Positions 49,859-59,879 of a stretch of 64,000 nucleotides of DNA are shown here, piece after piece. This DNA is from a virus, in the IMG/VR virus record IMGVR_UViG_3300019458_000032, positions 12,588 through 76,587 of that record; one strand, given 5' to 3'. Below the pieces are notes generated by a model that ran no database searches, was not told the DNA's origin, and was given only the letters and a program-made list of their open reading frames with translations. How positions within the stretch are numbered: the first letter of the stretch is position 1; every line of letters starts with the position of its first letter. The position numbers and the translations under genes were made by a program.

Positions 49859-51103
49859 TTACCATGTAGCAGTTGCTACGCGTACCCATGTATCAGTTGC
49901 TATACAAACATAAATAAATCCGCTATCCCATGCAATTTGTCCAGTAACTCCTGTTGCAGATGCGCTAGCTGGAGTATGAGTTACAGGGGATACTAAGAAT
50001 CCGGCTCTAGTTATATAAAAACCATCAGCTCTTGTACTAGAATCTCCACCAATACCAACCGTAAATAAATGATCAGTTGAAGCTGGTGCGCCAGGTGTTC
50101 CAACAACTGTATTGAATTGCCCAACGGCTAATTGATCATTAGCGGTTGCTATTGTTCCTTCACCCAATGCGGTTGAATTTGTCCCATCGGCAACTGCTTC
50201 TAATCCTTGTGCTAAGGAACTTCCACCATTTGCTTGAGTACTACTACCAAATGTTACAGATCTAAGACCTGATGCAACTGTTAAATTACCAGATGCAAAT
50301 GAAGAACCCCCAGATGCTATATTATCTAAACCTAAATGAAATGAATTAAGACCAGAAGCAAGACCTGTTACGCCTACGCTTGTTGATCTACCAAATGCAG
50401 CAGAGTTGATTCCGGTAGCACTAACTGCTCTACCTGCGGCAAACGACCTATCATTGGATGCGACGGTTTCTGCTCCCAAAGCTGTTGATGCAAATCCTGA
50501 CGCTAGAGTTAAATTCCCTAAAGCGGTTGACTGGTCTCCAGTTGCTTGATTACCCGCTCCAGCGGCAAATGATTCATCTCCAGAAGCTGTATTGCTAGAA
50601 CCAACATTCAAAGCATTAATGGAATCGTCAAATGTAAAATTAGAACTTCCAGCGAATGCACCGGAATTATTAAATTGGACTTGATTGCTTGATCCGGCGG
50701 CTCCAGTTATAAATGTTCCCCATGATGTATTTGTTCCATTTGTTGTTAATGCTTTGCCTGATTGGGATGTTTGTGTTGGTAAAAAAGCATTTAATGCGGC
50801 ATTAGCGGTTATTTGTCCAGTTCCACCATTCGAAATTCCTAAAGTTCCAGTGAATGAAATATTAGGAGTGGCTCCACCAGAACTAGCTAAAGGACTAGAT
50901 GCAGTAACGTTGGTTACTGTTCCTCCACCGCCTGGAGTTTCCCATGAACTTGTTGAACCATTGGTTGAAAGAAATTTTCCAGCTTGTCCAGTTTGATCTG
51001 GCAAGGAACCATTTTCAATTGCATCAACTACATCATCTCTAGCTTCGGGAGATCCTAGAGAACTTAATAGTAAATCTTTTGTTTCTTGTGATAATGTTGA
51101 CAT
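49859..51103 (-). CDS. fibre protein with YadA-head-like repeats
   Basis: About 14-residue S-A-G...A-G repeats; LPDQTGQAGKFLSTNG and LPTQTSQSGKALTTNG duplicates. Confidence 0.75.
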   Translation of the reverse strand: MSTLSQETKDLLLSSLGSPEARDDVVDAIENGSLPDQTGQAGKFLSTNGSTSSWETPGGGGTVTNVTASSPLASSGGATPNISFTGTLGISNGGTGQITANAALNAFLPTQTSQSGKALTTNGTNTSWGTFITGAAGSSNQVQFNNSGAFAGSSNFTFDDSINALNVGSSNTASGDESFAAGAGNQATGDQSTALGNLTLASGFASTALGAETVASNDRSFAAGRAVSATGINSAAFGRSTSVGVTGLASGLNSFHLGLDNIASGGSSFASGNLTVASGLRSVTFGSSTQANGGSSLAQGLEAVADGTNSTALGEGTIATANDQLAVGQFNTVVGTPGAPASTDHLFTVGIGGDSSTRADGFYITRAGFLVSPVTHTPASASATGVTGQIAWDSGFIYVCIATDTWVRVATATW

Positions 51104-51106
51104 ATT

Positions 51107-53155
51107 TTATCCTTGTGGGGGTAATTGTTGACTTGCCGTTACAGGTAAATCGGAAAAAGGTGGAGGAGGTTGAGGTAAACCTGGTTGACCTATATTTTGA
51201 ATTCCTGGACCAGAAATTTGTTCACCGGCTTGAGCTTGTCCTTGAACCGGAGACATTTGTTCTGGAATATTATTATCTGCCGATTGTTTATTTGGCATAG
51301 GTTGTCCATTATTTGCCGGAGGCATTGGGGCTCCAGGAAATGGAGGTAATTGTTGTTCACCAATCATTTGTAAAATACCAGGGTCAGTTGTTCTCAAGAA
51401 GTCAATATGAGCTTGAATGTGATTCAATACATTTTGAACAAGTTCTGGATTTTCTCTCAAATCTGGGTCAGCAAGAACCGATTGATGTTCTTTAATATGC
51501 ATACTATGCTGATCAAGCATTGTTGCAAGAGGTGATTTACCTTCAAGCATCATTTCATTTTCTTTTTTAATACAAAGAAGTTGGCTAATTTCGCCTTCAT
51601 AAGCAGCATCTAAACTACCCGTTTTAAGAATTTGAAAATATTGCTCGGGGGTTTTAAGGAGTTTCATCTGAAGAAGTTCATTGGCAATTTCCATACGACC
51701 TGCAATTGTTTTCGCAAGAGGATTACCCACATCAACTACAACACGATTAACATCTTTAATCATATCTCCAGTAAATTCTTTTAATTCTGCTCTATTAGAT
51801 TTACCAACAAGAGCAACCAATTTAGGTGTAGTTGAATATTTCTTAAGAATATTAAGAAGAGCAGTTCCTACATCTTCAATCATTTTTACATAATTTTGTT
51901 GCAATCTAGATGTAAATTGTAAAGACATTGATTGAACAAGAGCTAATGCTGTTCCTGTTCTCAAAGAAGCTTCTGGATTACCACGAGATACTGAACTAAT
52001 ACCAGTTAATGTTTCAGCTTCAGATTTAAATAAATCGATTGATTTAAAAATCTCTGTGGGGGTGCTTGTTAAATTTAAAGCTTCTGGTTTTACAGTTCCT
52101 TTAACAATGTTCATCCCACCTTCAAGACTTTCAATACTAAGATTAGCACCTTCTGGAACCCAAACATTAGAAACACCGTGAGTTGATTGATTTGTCGCCA
52201 AAGTACTATATAATGAATTTAAATTCTCTTGAATGGGATACATATCAAATAAATTTGTATATCCATATGGTGTACCAATAAAATTACCTGGACAGACTCT
52301 ATAAATAGGGATTTGGTCATAGGGATTTTGCATGTCTAATAAAACAGCTTCTGAATCTAAGAAAAGCATATATCTTCCATCAGGAACTGCTTCAGTTTTC
52401 TTGTGGTAAAATTCATACACAGGAACATCATCGGTTTCATCGTTTGTCATTAAATTTAAACGATAACGATAGAGTTCTGTCTTTGTTGGCATTGCTAAAA
52501 TTTTATCAGTCAATTCTGGATATTTAGCGATAAGATTATGTCTATTTTGATAAGTTCTAACGAGCATCCATTCATGCTTCCAGCTAGATTTTGTTCCATC
52601 AAATACAATATCGAATGGAGAGATTGTAGAAAATTCAACTTCTCCTTCATATGTAAAACTTTTTATTTCTTCATTGTAGTCATAAGCTTCGCCAGCAGTT
52701 GCATTCCATTCAAGTTTAACAAATCCGGCACCCATGAAGATAGACATTTCTACAGCTTCTTTAAGAACGTCTTCTAGATGTTTCTCTCTCATGTAGTAAT
52801 CAAGAATACCATTTGCGAGATTCGCCTGAGCTAAAGATTTATAGTCTGTATTAATAGCACGAGCTTCCATTGCTGGACGATTAGCTGTAACCATTACATA
52901 GGTATGTTCAGCTAAGTTTCTTAAGTGATTTACAGGAAGAACTGTTAGTTCACCTTGTTCTCCGGTGAATGAGATCTCATGATCGGCACCATCAACGTAG
53001 ATACCATGATATGCTTTCCACATCATTCTCAGTTTATCTAAATAATTATTTTTCTGTAGATCGTTATAGAAGCTTTCGGCTTTATTTAAAAGAATGCCAG
53101 CAACTTCATTACTTTCTTTTACGGCAAAATATTTATTATCCTGGGATGGTTCCAT
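51107..53155 (-). CDS. portal protein
   Basis: 682 aa directly downstream of TerL; P22-like portal features (ETLTGIS...G...TGTAL); Pro/Gln-rich tail. Confidence 0.85.
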   Translation of the reverse strand: MEPSQDNKYFAVKESNEVAGILLNKAESFYNDLQKNNYLDKLRMMWKAYHGIYVDGADHEISFTGEQGELTVLPVNHLRNLAEHTYVMVTANRPAMEARAINTDYKSLAQANLANGILDYYMREKHLEDVLKEAVEMSIFMGAGFVKLEWNATAGEAYDYNEEIKSFTYEGEVEFSTISPFDIVFDGTKSSWKHEWMLVRTYQNRHNLIAKYPELTDKILAMPTKTELYRYRLNLMTNDETDDVPVYEFYHKKTEAVPDGRYMLFLDSEAVLLDMQNPYDQIPIYRVCPGNFIGTPYGYTNLFDMYPIQENLNSLYSTLATNQSTHGVSNVWVPEGANLSIESLEGGMNIVKGTVKPEALNLTSTPTEIFKSIDLFKSEAETLTGISSVSRGNPEASLRTGTALALVQSMSLQFTSRLQQNYVKMIEDVGTALLNILKKYSTTPKLVALVGKSNRAELKEFTGDMIKDVNRVVVDVGNPLAKTIAGRMEIANELLQMKLLKTPEQYFQILKTGSLDAAYEGEISQLLCIKKENEMMLEGKSPLATMLDQHSMHIKEHQSVLADPDLRENPELVQNVLNHIQAHIDFLRTTDPGILQMIGEQQLPPFPGAPMPPANNGQPMPNKQSADNNIPEQMSPVQGQAQAGEQISGPGIQNIGQPGLPQPPPPFSDLPVTASQQLPPQG

Positions 53156-54624
53156 TACTTTTTCCTTTTGATATTAAATATCTGTTTATAGATTTCATTA
53201 ACATCGCCTTGATTAAACTTATTTACATTAGGAATAAATAGATCTTGTCTATCGATTCCATAATGAGTAGGATATGGATTCTTATTAAAATTAACAGCTC
53301 TTACAAAATATTTCAAAGCATCAACTGCGTCATAGTGGCCATGATCGGGGGAACGCGCAAATTTTTCTTTATTTGTGGCACTATTCCATCTAACGTTTTC
53401 TAAATGTAATATAAGAGTTTTACATCTAGGATTGATTATGATTTGTTTAGAGTTAAGTAAAGCTCTCATATGATTCAATGCTGAATCTTTATCGTCTTTT
53501 TTAGCGGTAGAAAAATATAACTTATTATTACTATATTTTAATATCTCACCAATTGCGATAGGATTAATATCACTAACACGAGAAAGAGGACGTTTAAGTT
53601 CGTTAATTTGTTGATCCAACCAAAGCTCATTCTCTTTATTAATAATTTGTTTAGTAAGACTTTCTAAATTATTATCAGGTTTTTGAAAATCCATAATAAT
53701 TTCATCTTCAATAACAAGTTTAGCATTTCTGAAATCATAATAACCAAAAAGGACTGCGGTTAAATCTTTTCCACCTAAATCCATTGCAACATAATTATCA
53801 AAGAAAGGAGGTCTAACCCATTCTTTTACAATATCTTTTTTGAGATTATTATTAAATTCAGGAATAACTGATGTATTTGAATCTTTTACGATTTCATTTA
53901 AATATTCTCTACGAAATCTTTCGGGTTCCATCTCATTTATGGCTTCCTCTATCTTTTCAGGAGTCATCAATGGATTGTCGTATATTGTTTTTTCCGTTAA
54001 AGTCTTTTTAAATTTAGCTTTCTCGATATATTTAAAGAATAAATGATCTAATTGTGTAGGAATTGTACTAGCTAAAACTGTTTTTCCGCCAGTATGAGTG
54101 GTTGTTGGAAATAAAACACCATCTATAACATCTTCAAGATCATTACAAAAACCCGATTCATCAACGAGATTTAAATGAGATTTAATACCTCTCATCTTTT
54201 CAAAATGCTTATTATCAGTACCAGCCAATTGAATCTGAGATCCATTGGTGAAATAAAATGTAGATTGTTTAACTTTATATTCAGGCTTCAAATCTTGGGG
54301 ACAATCATGCATAACCTCTTCAAACTTAGGAAGAAGAATATTTTCTGCATGTAACTTTGTATCTGTAACCATTTTAATAACAGAATTAGGTTGACGAATG
54401 GCTTGTTCTAAAGCTAATATACAAAGAAGGTATGTCTTACCACTTTGACGAGCTAAAACCCATACAAGACGTGAACGTTCTGGTGAATTATAGAAAATAT
54501 CATACATTTCTTTTTGAATGGGATGACATTTATAAGAGAGTATACCTCTATACCAGAGTTCCCTTTGAATCTCTTTCTTTGAGAGCGTAGGTTTTTTAAT
54601 TTCTTTATTTTCAGTGCTCATCAT
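53155..54624 (-). CDS. terL: terminase large subunit
   Basis: ARQSGKT Walker A, LNLVDESG Walker B, FRREYL, MDLGGKD, HYDAVDAL. Confidence 0.9.
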   Translation of the reverse strand: MMSTENKEIKKPTLSKKEIQRELWYRGILSYKCHPIQKEMYDIFYNSPERSRLVWVLARQSGKTYLLCILALEQAIRQPNSVIKMVTDTKLHAENILLPKFEEVMHDCPQDLKPEYKVKQSTFYFTNGSQIQLAGTDNKHFEKMRGIKSHLNLVDESGFCNDLEDVIDGVLFPTTTHTGGKTVLASTIPTQLDHLFFKYIEKAKFKKTLTEKTIYDNPLMTPEKIEEAINEMEPERFRREYLNEIVKDSNTSVIPEFNNNLKKDIVKEWVRPPFFDNYVAMDLGGKDLTAVLFGYYDFRNAKLVIEDEIIMDFQKPDNNLESLTKQIINKENELWLDQQINELKRPLSRVSDINPIAIGEILKYSNNKLYFSTAKKDDKDSALNHMRALLNSKQIIINPRCKTLILHLENVRWNSATNKEKFARSPDHGHYDAVDALKYFVRAVNFNKNPYPTHYGIDRQDLFIPNVNKFNQGDVNEIYKQIFNIKRKK

Positions 54625-55036
54625 TTGGTTTTACTTGGTTTAATGCAGCAATTAACTCTGCATCGCTTATATTTTTTCTAACCTCGATAGGTTTTGGAGT
54701 CTCTTTAATAGCCATTAATATCTTGCTATATATTTCAACGCGTTTTGTTTCTTCTAAAGTTAATTCTCTTTCTTTAGAAATATCTTTTAAACGCCATAGT
54801 TGCTCTCTGGCGATAGATTCTTCATCATTTGATGCTAATTCAATCAAAGGACTCTTGTTGGGGTTAATAACAGGAACGGTAGAATCTAGTAATTTCTTTA
54901 AATGTTTAACTTCTTCGTTCAACTGTTTATTTTTTTTAGTTAATTCTGTAATGGTTTTTTGTTGAGCTTTAGCAAACGCATGAAGATCAGCATATTCTGT
55001 AAATTGTTTAAGGATTTTATCTGTCGCATCGGCCAT
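54611..55036 (-). CDS. coiled-coil protein (possible terminase small subunit)
   Basis: Helical; overlaps the start of TerL. Confidence 0.4.
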   Translation of the reverse strand: MADATDKILKQFTEYADLHAFAKAQQKTITELTKKNKQLNEEVKHLKKLLDSTVPVINPNKSPLIELASNDEESIAREQLWRLKDISKERELTLEETKRVEIYSKILMAIKETPKPIEVRKNISDAELIAALNQVKPNDEH

Positions 55037-55038
55037 AA

Positions 55039-55329
55039 TTACTTGGCTCCAATTTGCCTAAATCCACCACTTAATTTAAGACTTGCAACATTTGTTTCAA
55101 TATTTTTAATAGCTTGTTCATGTTTACTAAGTTCAGCACTTAATTTAGATATGTGTTCTTGAAGATTCTTAATCTTTTTATTTTCAGCTTTATTATCAAA
55201 ATGAACTGTTAAAACTGCAAGAATAGCACACAATCCAACTTCTGAAAGGGATACATTTCCAGTAATAAGCAATTTAGATGAATAAGCGATTAATAATCCC
55301 AAAGGGATATATTTTAAGACCTTTTCCAA
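55039..55329 (-). CDS. two-TM plus coiled-coil membrane protein
   Basis: Hydrophobic N-terminal half; AAGGAG RBS. Confidence 0.55.
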   Translation of the reverse strand: MEKVLKYIPLGLLIAYSSKLLITGNVSLSEVGLCAILAVLTVHFDNKAENKKIKNLQEHISKLSAELSKHEQAIKNIETNVASLKLSGGFRQIGAK

Positions 55330-55451
55330 GTCAATCTCCTTATTGTTAAAATTTCAAAACAAGAAAAATATTAAAGCGTTAACTGCAATATATGGGCTAT
55401 GCCCTAATACCCCAAAAGAGGCGACCAGCACTAGCTAAACTTCTCTCTAAT

Positions 55452-55461
55452 ACAGTTGTTA
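55452..55461 (-). promoter_or_regulatory. phage promoter-like motif TAACAACTGT
   Basis: At the head of the packaging/structural operon. Confidence 0.7.
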
Positions 55462-55589
55462 TTATTTTAAGTTTTTTTATGCATTTAATTACCAACTATA
55501 TTATGTGAATCCAAATATTTGTCCCATATGTGCATTAAGTTGGCTATTGGAACATCCTACATTAAAAGAATGGAAGAAGTGTGTAACCT

Positions 55590-56096
55590 GTGGATATTGT
55601 TCTAAAATTAATAAAAAAATTGTTTTCATTGTTTCTGAAATCACCCCAGAGGACAGAAATACCAAGCTCTACAAACTCGATAAAAGAAAATAAACGAGAG
55701 CTTATAACGCTTATAGATCATTTGACAAGTTCGGGTAAATACCCTGATCGTATGAACTCACCAGAATGTACAGATGAAGTAAAAGATAGTGCAAAATCAT
55801 TAATAAATCAAGTAAATCAACTACTTAATGAACTTAATGTTGAAAAATGTAAAGTATCTTCAGGATTTAGAACTCAAGAAGCTAATGATACAACAGCTAA
55901 TGCTGCTAAGAAAAGTAGACATATGACTGGAAATGCTTTAGATATTGAAGATTTAGATGGATCTTTAAAAAAACTAATAACTTTAGATCTTTTAGCTAAA
56001 TATTCTTTATACTGTGAAGATTTTGAACATACAAAGACATGGCTTCACCTACAAGATATTCCACCGAAGTCAGGTCGTAGAATTTTTATTCCTTAA
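55590..56096 (+). CDS. peptidase M15-family endolysin
   Basis: SSGFR, SRH-GNALDI (H-x6-D), WLH. Confidence 0.85.
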   Translation: MDIVLKLIKKLFSLFLKSPQRTEIPSSTNSIKENKRELITLIDHLTSSGKYPDRMNSPECTDEVKDSAKSLINQVNQLLNELNVEKCKVSSGFRTQEANDTTANAAKKSRHMTGNALDIEDLDGSLKKLITLDLLAKYSLYCEDFEHTKTWLHLQDIPPKSGRRIFIP

Positions 56097-56267
56097 CTCC
56101 TGAATATCCTTAGCCTTTTTAAGAATAACCTCTTCTTCAACTGTATCAATTAAGGCTTCTAACTGCTCTTTTGATAGCTGCATTTGCTTATCCAGGGGTA
56201 TAAAAGCTAGAATAAGCTTATCTAATACCTCAGAATTAACAAATCTAATACGTTTTACTTCAAACAT
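56070..56267 (-). CDS. hypothetical protein
   Basis: Packed ORF. Confidence 0.45.
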   Translation of the reverse strand: MFEVKRIRFVNSEVLDKLILAFIPLDKQMQLSKEQLEALIDTVEEEVILKKAKDIQELRNKNSTT

Positions 56268-56719
56268 TGAGCCTCAACAATATCTTTAAATTGTTTGTAA
56301 ACATCGAATTTTGTTCCAGTATATTGTTTATCATCATCCATAAAATGATCGGGATCGTTTATATCTGGATGATCGTAAAAATAATGAGTTAATTCATGAA
56401 ATATTAAGGATACTCTTTCATCCTCATTTAGCTTATTAAAATGTTTCTCATCTACAACAATTATTACCTTTGTATATAAATTATTGGTAATTTTAGAAGT
56501 TCTAGCAACATATTTCTTATCATCAACTTCCCCGAAATTTAAACTAAACCTCCATGGAAGAAATAAAAAATCTTCTTGACATGTACTTTGAGCAATAAAT
56601 CTATATCTCTCAAGATATGGTTCTAGTCTTTCATCAATTGAATAAAAAGGTGCCACTAAATAAAGAACTATAATACCCAAAATTGAATAATAAACCTTCC
56701 TAGTCGTACTCATTTTCAC
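56255..56719 (-). CDS. membrane-anchored zincin metallopeptidase
   Basis: N-terminal TM; LIFHELTH-x4-H...FM (metzincin-like). Confidence 0.65.
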   Translation of the reverse strand: MKMSTTRKVYYSILGIIVLYLVAPFYSIDERLEPYLERYRFIAQSTCQEDFLFLPWRFSLNFGEVDDKKYVARTSKITNNLYTKVIIVVDEKHFNKLNEDERVSLIFHELTHYFYDHPDINDPDHFMDDDKQYTGTKFDVYKQFKDIVEAQCLK

Positions 56720-56925
56720 CTATTTCCAGAACGTAGTAACTTCATGTTATTCTTAGCTCTTTCACGATTGCACTGGGGGCATAAACTACCGTTCCAAGTT
56801 CCACCCTTTTCATCATGATATTTCTTATTTATATCATCAAATTTACCAACAAGAATGCGCTTTTTAAGTTCACCACATACCTTACATTTTCTATAATCAC
56901 TCTCCGTCATCTGTAGGAACTCCAT
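56716..56925 (-). CDS. small Zn-finger protein
   Basis: CKVC...CPQC. Confidence 0.55.
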   Translation of the reverse strand: MEFLQMTESDYRKCKVCGELKKRILVGKFDDINKKYHDEKGGTWNGSLCPQCNRERAKNNMKLLRSGNR

Positions 56926-57027
56926 AATTTTTATAAATAGTGGTTTTTACAATCTGATTCATCTTTCCAATGAGCCATAAACCACCTAATAAATACCCCA
57001 CCATAATAACCACTAATAATGCAACTC

Positions 57028-57168
57028 TCATTGTTCGTCTAATCCTCTTTGATAGTTCTCAATATCCCTTAAATCCATGGCACAATCCGCAACACTATGC
57101 CAATCCTCTTCCTCAATCTTTAAACGAAGATAATCGAGCATAATCTTTTTCTTCTCTTCAATACTCAT
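57028..57168 (-). CDS. 46-aa hypothetical protein (absent from ORF track)
   Basis: MSIEEKKKIMLDYLRLKIEEEDWHSVADCAMDLRDIENYQRGLDEQ; TAATG coupling to upstream gene and GAGGAG RBS. Confidence 0.55.
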   Translation of the reverse strand: MSIEEKKKIMLDYLRLKIEEEDWHSVADCAMDLRDIENYQRGLDEQ

Positions 57169-57536
57169 TACCCTTTATTCTCCTCACCGTGTTCATTAAG
57201 ATATATAACATTCTTAAAAATCTTTTCAACAGGTAAATCATCCACAAGCTTTATAGGCTTTGTCTCAATACTATCCACATATTTCTCAAGATTCAATGCT
57301 TTAACCACAGTCTCAGCCCATTGAACCCCACCATGAGACCACACCCTAATGAAGTAACCTCTTCCAAAATACTGTTTTAACAGCTCTACATGCCCTCTAT
57401 GGACCTTAAACTCACTAGTGGTACCTGAATAAGGGTTTCTAAGTTTTAAATCAACCTGAGCTGGATTATGAGCTGGACTCACAAGAGTTAAATCCACATC
57501 AAAACAAACAATATTATCGTTATAATTAACTTCCAT
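57168..57536 (-). CDS. minimal HAD-superfamily phosphatase
   Basis: FDVDLTL motif I, WSHGG motif II, KP and VDD motifs. Confidence 0.75.
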   Translation of the reverse strand: MEVNYNDNIVCFDVDLTLVSPAHNPAQVDLKLRNPYSGTTSEFKVHRGHVELLKQYFGRGYFIRVWSHGGVQWAETVVKALNLEKYVDSIETKPIKLVDDLPVEKIFKNVIYLNEHGEENKG

Positions 57537-57820
57537 TAGTTTACCACATCTCCATTATCTTGAATAACCATAGTTTTCTTTTCAAAATCAATTGTTACAG
57601 GGTATACACTAAGCATTGAACTAAGCCACACCATAAGATCATCTAGGGTTGAAACTTCAATCTTAATTTCTTTAGGAGCATCATCACTCTGCCTTAAGAG
57701 TCTCTCATATTCTTCTAATTCAATCCAACGTGATTGTTGTTCTAATGTAGTCATTGTATGTACTTCTTCAGGGGTGAGTAAAGCTCCAAAACCTGAAGCT
57801 CTTCTGAGTCTAAAGGTCAT
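57536..57820 (-). CDS. hypothetical protein
   Basis: Packed ORF. Confidence 0.5.
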   Translation of the reverse strand: MTFRLRRASGFGALLTPEEVHTMTTLEQQSRWIELEEYERLLRQSDDAPKEIKIEVSTLDDLMVWLSSMLSVYPVTIDFEKKTMVIQDNGDVVN

Positions 57821-58002
57821 AATTTCACCTTAATTTCATGTAATTTTTTAATTATTCTCAATATTAATATTGTAGGAATAAAAAATCCACCAATGAAAAA
57901 CATACATAAAACATCTAATAAACTAACAGATCTCACTTTCTTGGTTTCCCAATATGTTAAACCAATCCCAGAAATGATCCAATAGACAATTAATAATAAC
58001 AC
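57817..58002 (-). CDS. small two-TM membrane protein
   Basis: Two hydrophobic segments. Confidence 0.45.
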   Translation of the reverse strand: MLLLIVYWIISGIGLTYWETKKVRSVSLLDVLCMFFIGGFFIPTILILRIIKKLHEIKVKL

Positions 58003-58113
58003 ATCAATCCTATTAAAAAAATAATAATTGAATACATTTTAAAGTTAGGGCAACTAAAAGAATTATTAAACTCCAACCCACTATATTTTCAAATAAACCT
58101 AAAGTGTTTTTCT

Positions 58114-58326
58114 TCATAATCCACGACCTTCTACAGAATTAACAATTTCTTCAGGGGTTCTATGGCATTTAGAACATCTTAATCTATTACCCACATATTC
58201 CCATGTATGTAAAGGACATATATTATTAACTGAACTATAAACATTTGTATTTACAGGAAGAATCCAATTAAGGATAGGAACAACAATGAATATTAGAGCA
58301 ATAATAACAAGTAATCCGAATAGCAT
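58114..58326 (-). CDS. TM protein with Cys/His finger
   Basis: TM helix then CPLH-W...CSKC. Confidence 0.5.
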   Translation of the reverse strand: MLFGLLVIIALIFIVVPILNWILPVNTNVYSSVNNICPLHTWEYVGNRLRCSKCHRTPEEIVNSVEGRGL

Positions 58327-58357
58327 ATAAAGAATATACCACTCTTATAGAAACTTG

Positions 58358-58813
58358 TCAACTAGTTTTCACTTGTGTAGAAATAAATTTATAGAAATGC
58401 TTACCCTTAGAATCTGTATAATCATACTCATATATCTCTATATCAAATACAGCATGGTAGTCAAAGGGTTTATCACGATCCTGTATAGCATGATGATAAA
58501 TTGTTGTAGGAGGAAACTCATACAACCAATCTCTTAACATCGTAATAACATTATCCTTTACCAGATATAAAAGGATCTTAGAACTTTGTGTCATCGAAGA
58601 ATCATGTTTCTTCTCACCCTTTATAAACCTAAGATGCTTTCTACGCTGTTTCACTATATAAGCTTTGTATTTACAATAAAAGGATCTAATTATGACAAGA
58701 CATAGAAGAGCTATAGAACCTAAGATTATACCACCATAAAGAATAATACAGACAATATAACCTAAAGGCATGTTTCTATACTCGAATAAACGGTTTCTGG
58801 CCAGAGTTATCAA
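58358..58813 (-). CDS. hypothetical membrane protein
   Basis: TM segment; start uncertain. Confidence 0.4.
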   Translation of the reverse strand: MITLARNRLFEYRNMPLGYIVCIILYGGIILGSIALLCLVIIRSFYCKYKAYIVKQRRKHLRFIKGEKKHDSSMTQSSKILLYLVKDNVITMLRDWLYEFPPTTIYHHAIQDRDKPFDYHAVFDIEIYEYDYTDSKGKHFYKFISTQVKTS

Positions 58814-58923
58814 ATTGCATTCAATCGAGTATTCTTGGACAGAATTAACTCTTTATTTTGTTGTAAATTTATTAAATTATACGTTAATTTTTTGAATGCG
58901 AGTTAACGCCAACTCTTATATAC

Positions 58924-58933
58924 ATAGTTGTTA
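58924..58933 (-). promoter_or_regulatory. phage promoter-like motif TAACAACTAT
   Basis: Intergenic copy. Confidence 0.6.
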
Positions 58934-58937
58934 AATC

Positions 58938-59450
58938 TTAAATCAGATTTTTGAAGAATTTTTTACTCAAATCGTTTATAGCGTATATGGGAGAAATTAT
59001 TTTTAAATTATTTATTATTGAAGCAAATTCTTCAGCTTCAGGCATATTATTGAATACTCCAACCACTATATTTGTATAATATGTACTCTTCAGAGTTACA
59101 TATACAAGACTCTTCTTTATCTTAATAACAACCTTATATTTAGAAACTTGATTCTCGGCATATAGAGTATACCCCAATTCCTTGTAATATTCAACCCAAT
59201 ATTGATATTTCAATGATATATCAGATCTATCATCCTCTATTGTTTCTATAAATTCAAATTCAAGTTTATTACAATCCAATTGCATGTTTCTATAATTATG
59301 AACCCCACTACATAACATACCAATATGTCTTGTAACAGATCTTAATAAATCAATACTCCATGTAATATACAACCTCTTATCTTCTTTATTAATGAAGCAA
59401 TAAAGACCCATACGAGGTAGGTTATACAAGACTGTAAATAAGTTTACCAT
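58938..59450 (-). CDS. GIY-YIG-like nuclease domain protein (degenerate)
   Basis: GLYCFIN...LYITWS...RH...H-N...FEFIE...EY. Confidence 0.55.
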   Translation of the reverse strand: MVNLFTVLYNLPRMGLYCFINKEDKRLYITWSIDLLRSVTRHIGMLCSGVHNYRNMQLDCNKLEFEFIETIEDDRSDISLKYQYWVEYYKELGYTLYAENQVSKYKVVIKIKKSLVYVTLKSTYYTNIVVGVFNNMPEAEEFASIINNLKIISPIYAINDLSKKFFKNLI

Positions 59451-59455
59451 CTAAT

Positions 59456-59465
59456 ACAGTTGTTA
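59456..59465 (-). promoter_or_regulatory. phage promoter-like motif TAACAACTGT
   Basis: Only 5 bp from the ATG at 59450, implying a leaderless transcript. Confidence 0.6.
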
Positions 59466-59879
59466 ATAAAGCTGCATCTTACAACGCTTTACAATATCTT
59501 TAAAAATAGAAACAAATACAAAAGGTTAAATCTATTGTAAAGGTCTAATAGACAAGCTATTAGAGTTATTAGATGCAATATATTGGAGATAATAAACTAT
59601 GTTTCTATAATAAAAATCATGTAAGTATTTGTATTGACTGAGCATTAAGGGCAACACGTACTACGGTCCCTCTACCCCCCTCTACCTTATAGCTGACTCT
59701 GACGAGCTGTTTGAACAGAGGGTCGTTGATGAGTTTACTTCTTCTCTCTCTATCTCTACTATCCTATCTCTATTATCTATTCTCTTGCCTATTCTCTTGG
59801 TATACAGCATATGCTATACAGCTTAAGGGAATGGACGACAGCATTACCTAAGACCTTTTACATACATGCAAATTGCACC

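Noticed and set aside
24113-55162. Many short + strand ORFs within the structural block
   Set aside because: Shadow ORFs antisense to long, coherent - strand genes.
59690-59735. CTGACGAG followed by a CTGTT/AACAG hairpin, resembling a third hammerhead core
   Set aside because: No appropriately placed GAAA or stems I/III.
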